From NCBI RefSeq assembly GCF_009914755.1, contig NC_060932.1: 64,000 bases of DNA, one strand, 5' to 3'. Below, piece after piece: positions 43,248-56,141 of the stretch (the stretch's first letter is position 1; each line of letters starts with the position of its first letter). The DNA is from the human T2T-CHM13v2.0 reference genome, Homo sapiens. Below the pieces are notes generated by a model. That model was not told where the DNA came from and searched no databases. It worked only from the letters and a program-made list of their open reading frames with translations. A program made the translations under genes and the position numbers.

Positions 43248-43291
<44 letters not shown>
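43248..43291. repeat. (AC)22 microsatellite, read as a UG repeat in SGCZ pre-mRNA
   Basis: Perfect dinucleotide run of 44 nt. Confidence 0.97.
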
Positions 43292-43292
<1 letters not shown>

Positions 43293-44498
43293 ATGTACTG
43301 ATGGGTGGCTGGAAAGAGAAAAGGAACGGATTCATAGGCAGAACTATAACAACACAACATGTCAGGCAGATAGAACAGTGGACTGAAGTTCCGTGGCTGC
43401 TGTCAGATTCCTCAGAACTCCTACTAGCAGCTGGCTGACCTTGAACTAATTCCCAGTTTGTTTTGCATCCTCATCTCCCTTCCCTCCTTTTATGAGGGCA
43501 TCAAAATGCTTCACGTCTAAAACTCTTCCACCTTTAACATCCTCTGCCCTGTCCTTGGTAGAATGCCTTCAGGGAAAAAAATAAATTAAACAACAAATTC
43601 TTTCCATAATAGCTTACAGGGAAAACACGGGTGCTGCCTTATTGAGTGGAAAATTTAATTGTTCTGACAATTGTCGCATTTTTAAGAATGCAGCTGTGTC
43701 ATGTGAACACAGACAATTTCCTGGACTCTATGTCAGTTTAACTGAAGAAAAAAAAATGTTAGGTTGTCCAATGTGTTGGAAAAATAACAGACCTATTTAA
43801 AATGGATGGAAAATGCATGTTTAAGAAGACACTACAGAAACAGGCAGCTGTTGGTCCTCTAACTCATCAGTTTACACGGTTAAATAATGAGAGGAATAAA
43901 ACCTGCCACCGTCAGATAGATGGACTTTGAATCCTCCAGACAGGTTGTGGTCTTTATCTCACTTAGTATCTGTCACAATGATGAGTGAGAATATACTCTG
44001 CAGTATTTGTAGGCCTTTCATTTTGAATGAATTGATAGCCCCAGATGCAACCCTTTATGACTGTCTTCAGGCAAAATATTTTACAAAGCTTCTCCAATTA
44101 GGTTATGGCAAAACTAGAAGGATGTGCACTAACTGAATTTTGCCTAGTATATAGGATAATAATACCATAGATGATGTCTCAGAGCAAATATGAAGGAAGA
44201 GATGAATGACTTGAATCTTAAAATATTTGATGAACGACAATTTATCACTCGGCAATAAAAATCATTTAAACATTTAATGAGGATAATTAGCATTTTGACA
44301 TACCAGATCTGTATTTAAATTTTCATAAACAATTTCATATGGTTTAAATAATAATAAAAGGTTATAGAAATGTCTTAATAATAAAATATTTATTTTTTCT
44401 TTTTTTGCTCTGTGAATTGAACCAAGATTTCCTTGGACTACAGTAATTGCAGCAATTTCAAAAACACTGAATGATTAGTTTAGAATATCGTCCATGTG

Positions 44499-44721
44499 GG
44501 AGACACACCAGGGTCTCTCACGGGGTGGGGGAAGGGGAGGGAGAGCATTAGGACAAATACCTAAATTATGTGGGGCTTAAAACCTAGATGATGCGTTGAC
44601 AGGTGCAGCAAACCACCATGGCACATGTATACCTATGTAACAAACCTGCACATTTTGCACATGTATCCTGGAAATTAGAGTAAAATAAAAAATAATAAAG
44701 AAACAGAATTTTTTTAAGAAA
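44499..44721 (+). mobile_element. L1PA 3' UTR fragment (about PA8-PA10)
   Basis: GGAGAGCATTAGGACAAATACCTAA...AACAAACCTGCAC; 17-bp TSD AGAATAT(CG/AT)TCCATGTG at 44482-44498 and 44722-44738. Confidence 0.92.
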
Positions 44722-45314
44722 AGAATATATTCCATGTGTTTCTGTTAAAAATAAATAACTGAAAACAAACAAACAAACAAACAGCAACAAAAAAACAACC
44801 TGTCATCAACCTTTGGGGAACCCTGAAACCTAAGTAATGGTATAAGACTAGAAAATTGTGAACAACTCATAACTTCCTCAAAACGCCTGAGGTAGTTTAG
44901 TAGGCAGCATTTTCAAAAGTTAAACTAGAAGCAACTATGAACTGCCATTCTTAGACATTCTTAGATAGTTTCAACTATTGTTAGAATACGTTAAAATATT
45001 TTAAATCAAAAAAGCTGCAATTGCCTTCTCCTAACAAAACCTGGCTTTATTGAAGCAGCTGCTAGTTTATTTCTTCAACCAATATATTCAGTAAGCAGTC
45101 TTAAAGGAAACTTTGGTGTGTGGCACTATGTGAAGTCCTATATGGAGGGCATACAAAAGTCAAGGACTTTTAAGTTAGAATGGGAGAGAAAAAGTACTTA
45201 GGTAGCATTCAGTGCTTTCAATAGTAATAAAACATAAGATAATTTATAAATAGATTATTATAGACACAAGTCTCTTTTCAGGAAAACCGTCCAGGAAAAT
45301 GCAATATTCATTCC

Positions 45315-45671
<357 letters not shown>

Positions 45672-46382
45672 TGAGCACCACAATGTATAACAGTAGAACT
45701 GTACAGTCATGTTTTCTGTTCTCTAGCTTTGTCCCTAAAGAGTAAATATACAAAACCTATTCCTTTTGCTACAACCATCTCAATATTTATATTATTTTCA
45801 CGTATTCTTCATTGCAAATAATGTTTTGAAAAATACATATGAACAAAAATCTTTGAACCACTGATGTTTTAGGAGAAATTATTGGAGTTAGAGCAAAAAT
45901 TATGAGTATACTTATTTTTTCTATATATGACTACATTGGTTTTTAAAAATGTGCAATGGCCACCTCAGATAAAATGATTATTTCTTTACACTTGGAAGAA
46001 GGTTGAGAATTATCATTTTTAATGTTTTGGTAATTTTATAATTTTTATTTCATTTCAAGTGGGGCATTTTTTTTCATTTATTTATTAACAATGTACATGG
46101 CCTCTTTGAGTATCTCAATCAATCTAATTATATTTGAATTTAATGTTTTCTTGCGAGTTTGCATATGTCGTTGTATACATTCTTTATATATTGTTTACCA
46201 ACATTTAGTCATATTTGTTACAAATATCTTCCTAATTGCCGGTTCCCTTCTAATTTTATGTCTTTATGTTTTCAGGAAAAATTTTGTTTGTGTGTATATA
46301 TACATGTAGTAGAGATGGGGTTTTATCATCTCTCTCTCTATATATATATACACAAACACATAGTTTTATATATATACATAGC

Positions 46383-46676
46383 TTTTTTTTTTCCTAGACA
46401 GGGGTCCACTCTGTAGCCAGGCTGGAGTGCAGTGGTGCAATCGTCAGCTCACTGCAGACTCGACCCCCCCGGGCTCAAGTGATTTCCCACTTGAGTCTCC
46501 CAAATAACTTGGACTATAGGTGGGCCATCACACCCGGCTAATTTTTTTTTGTAATTTTTGTAGAGATATGTTTTTGCCAAGTAGCCCAGGCTTATCTCAA
46601 ATTTCTGGGCTTAAGCAATCGCCTGACTTGGCCTCCCAACATGCTGAGATTACAGGTATGAGGCAGTGTACCAGCC
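46383..46676 (-). mobile_element. AluJ-like
   Basis: Diverged dimer with GGGCTCAAG / GGGCTTAAG J-type positions. Confidence 0.88.
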
Positions 46677-46699
46677 AAAAAGATATTTAAAAATATTAG

Positions 46700-48250
46700 A
46701 CACTCCTATCTTTCCATTGCAATCATTTAGGGAACTCCAGGCAATACTCCCTCCCATGATTTAGATTTTAGTATTAACCTTGTTTTGTCTTTTTATTTTT
46801 CTTCATCAGATGCTCAATTAATTTTTGATCATTTCAATATCCACATAATGTTTAAAATACCCGGACATCTCAGATTCTAAACCTCCTCTCCTCCAATGAT
46901 ATTGTGGTCTTCCCTACCTTATTCATTCAACAGCATGATCATATGCAAAACTGTTTCATCAACAACATCTTCATCTCCGTACATCAATTTCAGACATTCT
47001 TCCTTTGACCTCTGTCTCTTATCTCTTAAACTACTACTCAGAAAATTTTCTAAGGTTCTATTCCAAGGATTCAACCAGCACTCCCACTATTTCCTCAAAT
47101 CCCTCCTTACCTATTTTTGATGCAATGTCTATCATTATAATCAGTACCTTGTATACATTTTAAAGTCCTTCGTCCTACCCTTGCTTTTTTTGTATTCACT
47201 TGTCAAAACCACCTCTACACTGAAATCAAATTCTCTCACCTACTCAGCACATACATTCTCAGGTAAATGTGGAAAGTCACACAGCCACTCTGACTGGTCT
47301 CCCATTAATTTCACAAGTGTAAATGTCACTGTGGCTTTTAATCTCTTTATCTTTCTCTAGTCAATTTACCCTTCTACTCAGCTACTCATGCTGGTTTCTC
47401 TCTTCTCTAATATCTAGCCCCTTCTTGTTCTCCTGGGAGAAAACTGAATAAGGCTGGAAAATGGCTTCTCATCTTTCCCTTCACTAAATCTGAAGACGCA
47501 TATTCATCTATACCCATAAATTCTGCCTTTCTTTTCCTAATAAATGAACACGTGTCCCTCTCTAAAACAAACTCCTCTACTCTTTCTTTTTACTAAAGCT
47601 CTGACATTAGTCCTCATTTCTGAATCATAAGTTGTTCCCTCTCTTCAGAGAATCTCCTAGCATTTTATAAACATGCAATATATTTTTCCATCATACAAAC
47701 AAAAGACCCTTGACTCCACACTCTTTACATTATCTTCAGTGGCTGCCTTATTTCTTCACATCACTTCATAGGAAATAAAAATAAAATAAAATAAAAATGG
47801 AAAAAAATCTCTTCAAATAATTATTTTTGTAGCCTTCACATTTTCTTTCAAACTTCATTCCTATGAGGTCTTTATCCTCAGCAAGGAAGCAAAGCTATTC
47901 AAAAGTCATCAATAATTAATTACAAAACCTCATTTTATCCCATCTAGTAGTAGCATTTAACCCAGCTGATTATAAATTCCTTCTTCCATGGTTTCTTTAC
48001 TTGGACTTCTGGGCACCACACTCTCTTGGATCTTATTCTGCCTCCCTGCCTTGTCTTCTTCATATCTGTTATGCATTTTCTGCATTCACCCAGGCTCTAC
48101 TCCCTTGAGTGCCCTTGGACTCAATTCCTGTGCATTTCTCCATCTATTTCCTTTAACGGCATCTATATACTGATGACTCAGAAGGGTAAATCTCCAGATA
48201 TTCCTCTGAAATCTGGGATCTATCATCTCTACTTGGATGAGTTGTGTACT
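46700..48250 (+). mobile_element. Long degenerate L2 body
   Basis: C/T-rich strand with L2-like motifs TTTCAATATCCAC, CTGACTGGTCTC, GCATTTAACCCAGCTGATTA, CACCACACTCTCTTGG, CTATATACTGATGACTC. Confidence 0.65.
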
Positions 48251-49687
48251 CCACATCCTCACTGGAATCTCCTCCTGCAGAGATTATTCTACACAGAGGG
48301 GAGAGGACTGGAATCTTTACCCTGACATTACTTAGTCATTAGTTAAGGGCTCTCTCAGTGCGGGAGAGTCAAACCTCCCAGGCAGTTACGAAAATATGGA
48401 TTCCTATTAGCCAAGCACAATTCTCCACAGGAGGATGCAGGTATAATCCATTAGCAGACAACAGGTGCTGCACCCAGGAATAAATGCATTTGCTGATAAA
48501 GGTTATCACAGCACATACCGCACTCTGATTCAGCCTGTGATGGCTGTGTCATGATTTCAACTAAAAAAAATATACACATGCATCATTTTAAATTAAAGGT
48601 ATCCTTGTACTATTTTAGTATTTAAGTATAAAGTTTTAAAAAAGAATAAAATTAACTCCATTGTTGTACTTAATACAAATTAAATCAATAGTAGAACCCA
48701 CCACTTTACTTAGAAAACATTAAAATAGACCTCAAGCCTTCTGATATTTTTTTTTTTGATCAACTTAACCTCAAAGTAATCTTGATTCTGAATCGGAGAT
48801 GACTTTTTCCATACATTTCCTTATACTTTTAATGCATATGTCTCTATAATCCCTAAAATATATGTTTTATGCATTTTATAATATATTTTATACATTTTAT
48901 ATAAGTATAAAATTATATAAATATTCTATACATTATATAAAATTGATCATACTGTATATATCCCTTTACAACTTGATTATTTTTCTGCTAATATTATTTG
49001 GTAGGTTCAATAACATTTTACATGCAGCTATAATTTATTCATTTCACTGCTAATTCTATTGGTGATTAAATCATAATGTATACATTCAATATTTTTGACG
49101 GACAGGTAGCTTGTTTTTATTTCTTTCCTAGTATAAAAAGTGATTGATTAGACATTCCAGTCCACAGTTTCTTCTGTACATAAATAAGCTGTTCTCTAAG
49201 GTTTATATCAAGAGAGTACAGTTTTAGGTGAAAGGGTAGGTTTAAATGTTATTAAAATACAATAAATGGAAGAATACAGTTAGTTTCTTGAAGTTGGTTC
49301 CTTTTTTTTCAAAAATCATGAAAATAAATATTCAAAAGAATGACTGTAAAGTTGATCTTTTGGACAATTTATGTGTTTTATATGTTCGGAGACAGGAGCT
49401 GATTTTCTTCCCTGAACCTGTTCTAATACGTAGAGCATACAAGTTGGTAGTTGGTATTTGATTGTTTACAAAATCTGTACACAATCCTCACTGGGATTAT
49501 CTTTCCTTATTGGTAGCAGAAAGTTTTTCTTTTCCTCAATGTGGCAGATGTGAGAACATCTATAAGGATACATTTCAGTGCTGCATTAGTGAAAACTGGA
49601 AAACTGGCATTTCTTTTTTGTTCCAAGTTGTATTCTAGAATATTTATGTACATCCCTTTAATTAATCCTTAAAACCTTATGATGTGG

Positions 49688-50045
<358 letters not shown>

Positions 50046-50193
50046 TCAGAGAAAATATTATCCCTAGGTCATACAGCTGGGGTTTTAAAAAAATTCTCAA
50101 TTTTAACCAACATTTACCTCAAAACACCGTAGGAATTTGAGTTGTATTTATGACAGTGAGGTAAACTTGGTTTAATGAATAATGCACATGTCA

Positions 50194-50409
50194 CCCAGGC
50201 ATGGTGGCTCGCACCTGTAATTCCAGGAGGTAGGAATTACTGGGGAGGTAATTGGGAGGCCGAGGTGGGAAGAATTACCTGGGAGGTAATTGGGAGGCTG
50301 AGGTGGGAGGATTGCTTGAACCCAGGAGTTCAAGGCCAGCCTGGGCAACATAGTGAGATCCTCTCTCTAGTGAAAAAACAAATTAATTAATTAAATTAAT
50401 TTTAAAAAT
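50194..50409 (+). mobile_element. FLAM/Alu monomer with internal 38-bp tandem duplication
   Basis: Monomer ends intact; TSD TAATGCACAT(G/A)TCA at 50180-50193 and 50410-50423. Confidence 0.85.
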
Positions 50410-53081
50410 TAATGCACATATCAATGAATAGCCTAAATAATTCACATAGGTTTTGTGTATTAAAATATCATCTGTCTTTCAATTCTTCTTTGAAGCCAAT
50501 CTCTATACCTTAGCTGATATTTTCCTTTCTCTATGCTTCTCTGGCAGCATTTTATATCCTGTTATTCTATACTGTCGTTGTCTATTATAACTGAGTATAA
50601 TATCCCTCACTGGAATTTAAGCATTTGAGAGTAATAACCTTAAACTATGCATATATGGCATCTTCTAATCACCACCTCTCAGCTGAAAGGACTGTGCTTC
50701 ATAGGCAGAGACTTAGGGAATCAGAGTGTAAAGGAAGTAACACTATCAACTAAGGAAATGGAGATTTGATAAGCAAGCCATGATTGTCACAGGGTATTGG
50801 GAAATCATACACTAGGCATGCCGAAGTAGAATCAGCAGGGAAAAAAAGCCATGCTTAATCTAGGAAAACATTCAGGCATGGCTTCAGAGACACTAGGAGG
50901 ATTCTAGTAGGGGACTTGACATACGCCGGGGGCAACCCATTGTGAAGGAGCTAGGTGGCCTGGGAGTGCATTCTCAGGCTATGAGATACTGCCACATTTA
51001 GGTCAACCTAAACCTTCGTTCTTGAAGACCACTAGCTTTGGAAATAAACGGCTTTTTTGATCTAGAAAAAGGCCTTGAAAATTAAAGTCACTCAGCAACG
51101 TTAGACATTGAAAATTAAAAGTAACTCAATTCAAACTTTTCATTTTATAATCAGGAAAACTGAACTGAAAACAATATATCAGTTAAGTCATTTGAGCATG
51201 TCTCACAGCAAATGATTGTTGAAAAAAGGCTATTCAAAATGCTAGGATATGGTTGTTATCTATATAAAGATTTTCTATGCCTTTCATCTAAAAAACAACT
51301 TTTAACTTTATTAAGATACCACCAAGAAGCTTAGGTACCGAAAGATGTAAAAGAAAGAAACTTCAAGTATCTTCAAACTAACAGCATTTTATAAATAGTG
51401 ATATTTTAAACAAGATCATGATAAAGGTTTTAGGGTTTTTTTAAAATAAAAATTTAAACTTTCATATAAGTTTATATGGTGAGATAGAAAGACCCACAAA
51501 TGCAATTTAGATATGATTGATTAATTTTTCTTGACACTTTCACTGATAGCAGTTATCTGTTGTTGTTAATTTTTCACAGGCTTTCAAGTAAAATAAAGTT
51601 GCTGCTTTCTCCCAAAAAATTATACCCTGTTACATGATTTAGTTTCCTGAGATCGGGACCCTTGTCCTGTCTTTGTTTTGCACTCCTCAGAAAATCATGC
51701 AATAGTTGACTACATTGCTAAGTATTCAAAAACAATATGATGAAATTATTTAGTTATGCTTGACCCGCTGATCTTGTTTTCAAACTAAGATTCCATAGCG
51801 ACATATCTCACACTGTTACTATGTGAAAAAAATAGCAAACTGCCCTAAAAGTAATTCAACATCCTTAACAATTCATCCCAACTAAAGCTCAACAATCATA
51901 TTTTTTGTTCCCCGAGAAATTATCTATTGTGACTGTTTATATAAAGTATACTACTCTCATTTGTTACTCTATTTTAACATGAAAAAACACTTATCAAAAA
52001 TGCTACTGTAATGTACGGATGCCACTTCCTGTATAAGCAAGGTACAAATAGACTTATAGAAGAGGCTTCTTCTTATAGAAGAAGAAGAATGAAAAATCAC
52101 TTCCATTTCACCACCAACTTCAATTGATCGTCAGTAACTGCCTGGAGAGTTCTTTCTTTGAGAGAAATTGTGAGGCCTAGTGTAAGCTCAGCAGGAAAGT
52201 ATGCCAAGATCAATTATTGATGTCTGCCATGGGCATATAGGAGAATGGGGTGACAATCTATAAGCCATGACTTTTTTTTTAATCTGTGCACTAGAGCTTG
52301 AAATATGTATTCATTTTAATTATTGAGACATAGGCATACTCTTGGTAGATGAGTGTCATATCAGGTACAATAAACTCTAAGAATGTACACTGACTTTTAG
52401 AAGGCTTGTTTACTACATGTTGCAATGAGGTGATAATTGCCCTATAAAAGGATTATCATTCCTCCAAGATATGACTGTCAAAGTAATAGAATGCCACAGC
52501 TCATAGTATTGTTTCCAGTATTAACCCATTATAAACGCAGACTGCTCTAAGTCTTTCAGAAAATTTTAAAAAATAGCCAGAGAGAATTGTTACTTTTACT
52601 TAAATATATTTTGATGTGACTGCTGATATCAAAGAAGAAATAGTCCATGGAAATTCAAGTCACTGTTAGACACCACAGCGTTATACTGCCTCCTTATATT
52701 GGAATAAGAAGACTTACCTTTGATCTCCAAATAGACCTTTCAGTAACAGTTACTACAGAGATTAAATTAATGAATGACAAATTTCAAAGTGCTCTATTTG
52801 CAACATGGAAATATTAATTGATGTTATATGACCATTTACTGTCTGCTTTTACATTCAGTCTTGCTCTGTGGTATTGAACCTAATCTCAGTAATTTGAGTC
52901 CATTATTTGTTTCTAACTAATCTCTTAATTTGGGGCTACATCCTGGCTCCCGTTAATTTGTTAAAAGGGTTCAGCAGAAGAATATTCAGCTACTTGCCTC
53001 GAAAAATGACTCCTTGAAACGTAAAATTCAAAAGTAACAAGCAAACAGTGACTCCATTAAAAATTACGTCTAGTACATTCT

Positions 53082-53490
53082 TTTTTTACTTTTAAAAATC
53101 TTTTTAAAGTTTTTTTTTAAGTTTTGTGGGTGCATAGTGAGTGTATATATTTATGGGGTATGTGAGATATTATGATTCAGGCATACAAAGTGTAGCAATC
53201 ATATTAGGGCAAATTGGGTATCTATCATCTCAAGCATTTATCCTTTGTGTTACCAACAATCGAATTACACTCTTTTAGTTACTTTAAAAATGTGCATTTA
53301 AATTAGTATTGACTATAGCCACCCTGTTATGCTATCAAATACTAGATCTTTTAATCTTTTTCTATTTTTTTGTACCCATTAACCACCCACTCCCCAAGCC
53401 CCTCCATGCCCACTACCCTGCCCAGCGTCTAGCAACCAACATTCTAGTCTCTATCTCCCTAAGTTCAATTAATTTTTAGGTTCCACAAAT
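53082..53490 (-). mobile_element. L1MA (MA2/MA3-like) 3' end
   Basis: GTGTATATATTTATGGGGTA...CTCAAGCATTTATCCTTTGTGTTAC; TSD GTACATTCT at 53073-53081 and 53493-53501. Confidence 0.85.
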
Positions 53491-53959
53491 TGGTACATTC
53501 TAGAATTTCACTCATCATGTTTACTATGAAAGGGAAACCATCACAGAGAGTGTTGACTTCACTTCTTATTTGCAGATATAGTTACTGTTTCATTAGAAAC
53601 TGTGTAATGTGATCATTTTGAGAAAAAACAGTCAAGATTTAGGTGAACAGAAAACATACTGGAATCTTATGTAGCAAATAAAAAGGAATAACTGAACAGA
53701 TGAGGGAATGAGATGGCTCTTTGTGCTGGAATGAAAAGATGAAGTATCTGTTGCCTCCTAGTTCTATGATATTTTATTCCCTTTATATATAATTAAATAA
53801 TGGCAGTTTCTATAAACTCTCTAATAATATGCCAAAAACTGATAATCATTCTGTATACCTTTCTCTATGTAAGCACCATATCTAATTTATCTATAAGTCT
53901 TGCCGATTACACCTTTAAAATATAACACTAATATATCCATATTTCTCCAACTTTTCTAT

Positions 53960-54630
53960 TACCACCGAGGAACAATGTATAGCCATGACTTCACTAATGC
54001 TAAAATAGTCTTTTTATTAGCCATCTCCTCCCTCTTGTACATATTGCCCCATGACCTCCAATCCATTCCTTATCTTACAGATAATTTGATTTGCCTTTAA
54101 CATACATGTATATATGATTATGCCACTTTCTTGCTTCATATTCACTAATAGCTTTCTGTTACACTCCTTATTTGGTTCCTAAACCTCCTCAACTCAATAC
54201 CACAAGTTCTAGCCACAATGGCTTTGTAATTAGTTCCTCAACAACACAAAACTTGATCTTGGTGCAAGATCAAAACTCTTAGTGCAATTCTCACTATGTA
54301 TTAAGTTGTTGTTGAGAACTTCTCAGCATTCTGGCTTCTTCTCATTACTCTCCGTCTTCTGGTATCCACCTAAATGGCAGGAATCATATGACTATATCAA
54401 CCAAATCAGTCCCTTTGTCCCTTCCCCCCATCATAGTAGCCTGTTTCATTTGTCATATCATTCTTTGAGAAACTGCAATTAAATAGGTTTACTGTTTTCC
54501 CTTACTAGACTAACATTCCGAAATGAAAAGTCCACAGGTATTTTGTTCACCACAGTACATGAAGTATACAGCAAAATCCCTGGCACATGGTTAGTGTTAA
54601 ATGTCTTTTTATGGAGGAATGAATAAGAAG
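53960..54630 (+). mobile_element. L2 3' region
   Basis: CTCCAATCCATTC...TTTTGTTCACCAC...CCTGGCACATGGTTAGTG...GAATGAAT terminus. Confidence 0.6.
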
Positions 54631-54864
54631 AAATGCTATGATGTGGTTTATTTTTTGTTGCTGTTATTGCTATCTTTAGTGATCATAGTGGCTTTTTGTT
54701 TGATTCTTTATGTCAAGTTTTTACAGTTAAGACTATTAAGTATTAGAGATATGAGGTAAATTGATCAATAAGTGGAAAATCCAGGATATAGTTCACTGTG
54801 TGAGGCTAATGTTACTGCTTCTACTAGTACATGATACTGTTTTCATATTCATCATATAATCAGG

Positions 54865-55015
54865 CAGCATACTGAAATGGGAAAATCACTGATCCGACAG
54901 CTCTGGATTTAAACAATGGCTCATCTATTCATTGACTGTGCCTGGTCCTCAGTTTTTTCATCTGTAAAATGGGGATAATAACTTTTATCTTGTGAACTTA
55001 CTCTGAAGATTGAAC
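54865..55015 (+). mobile_element. MIR fragment
   Basis: CCTCAGTTTTTTCATCTGTAAAATGGGGATAATAA core. Confidence 0.75.
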
Positions 55016-56141
55016 AAAACCATAAATTTATACATACATACAAAACAACAGACATATACTGAAAATTAAATAAAATGTAGTCTTTTGTTTCCCAATGGTC
55101 ATCCCCATATATTTGGCCTTCTTTCTTTGCCAAATTGTTAATTATCCTTCAGATTGTACATGTCCAATATTAATATTTTTATCACTGAATCACGATCATC
55201 ACTGCTTAAATATAATTTTTATGAATCTCTTTTCTAAAGTGTCTGATGGATTTCATGCCCTATACTATTAATCCAATTAATTAGGTAATTCAATACTAGT
55301 TCATATCCTGAGTTAAAATAATCTATTTTCAAACAGACATCATTTCCCTTCCAATATGGTACATTGATTCTTCATAACATTTATGCAGGAAAATTTGGCA
55401 GCAGCTATAAACCACATGCACTCTTGAATGCTGTCCAAATTGACAACAATTTCAATTAACTATCCAGACTGTGAGTGCGAGCAAAATGTGCAGGGTAGTG
55501 ACAATTATAAAATAGAGATAGAAAGTAGTATTGATCTCAACTCGTGGGATCTACACAATCAAGAAAAGATAAATATAAAGTTAAAAGTATCCAGAGGAAC
55601 AAGGTTTTCAGCTCCTCTGGATAATTATGTTAACACTGACAGATGGAAGCACATATATGATCTACACCTATGTGCCCAGTGTAATCTCATTAATATATTT
55701 GCACAGTGTTAGAAGAAGGTGTTAGAGTACTACTCAAAAACAATTTTTAAAATTACAGTAAAAATATGTTCAGGCCACTTGGAGTAATTGTTACTGCTGT
55801 AAAAGACAAAAACCAGCTGTTTGAAAGTTTCTAATGAATAATAGAAAGATTACATGATTTTCAGAATGAGAAGTAAGATTACAATGTCACTGTTAACTGT
55901 CAGCAGGAAAAGCATATCCTTACTCCTATGTCCCTTGATGACTTCCAGCACAACAATACAACCAGAACAAAAAGATAATTACAATAAAAAGGCACTAATG
56001 GACTGCTTTTTAAAAATGAAGTGCCAAAACTCTCCATAAGGTGGAATGAAAATAACATGTGAATACAGCTTTCCACAAATTCATTCAACTTACAGTGCTT
56101 TATTTGAGGCTTTTTTTTTTTGTAAGTGTGGTAAATACAAG

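Noticed and set aside
48265-48520. Possible old ERVL LTR fragment
   Set aside because: Resemblance too weak to name or bound without a repeat search.
52712-52775. Perfect AAG|GTAAGT donor on the SGCZ strand with a possible 35-nt exon (52718-52752) starting with TAA
   Set aside because: About one such 9-mer is expected by chance in 60 kb of AT-rich DNA and the acceptor is mediocre; junction reads would be needed.
54253-54273. 9-bp perfect hairpin TTGATCTTG-GTG-CAAGATCAA
   Set aside because: Isolated short palindrome inside L2 with no supporting context.
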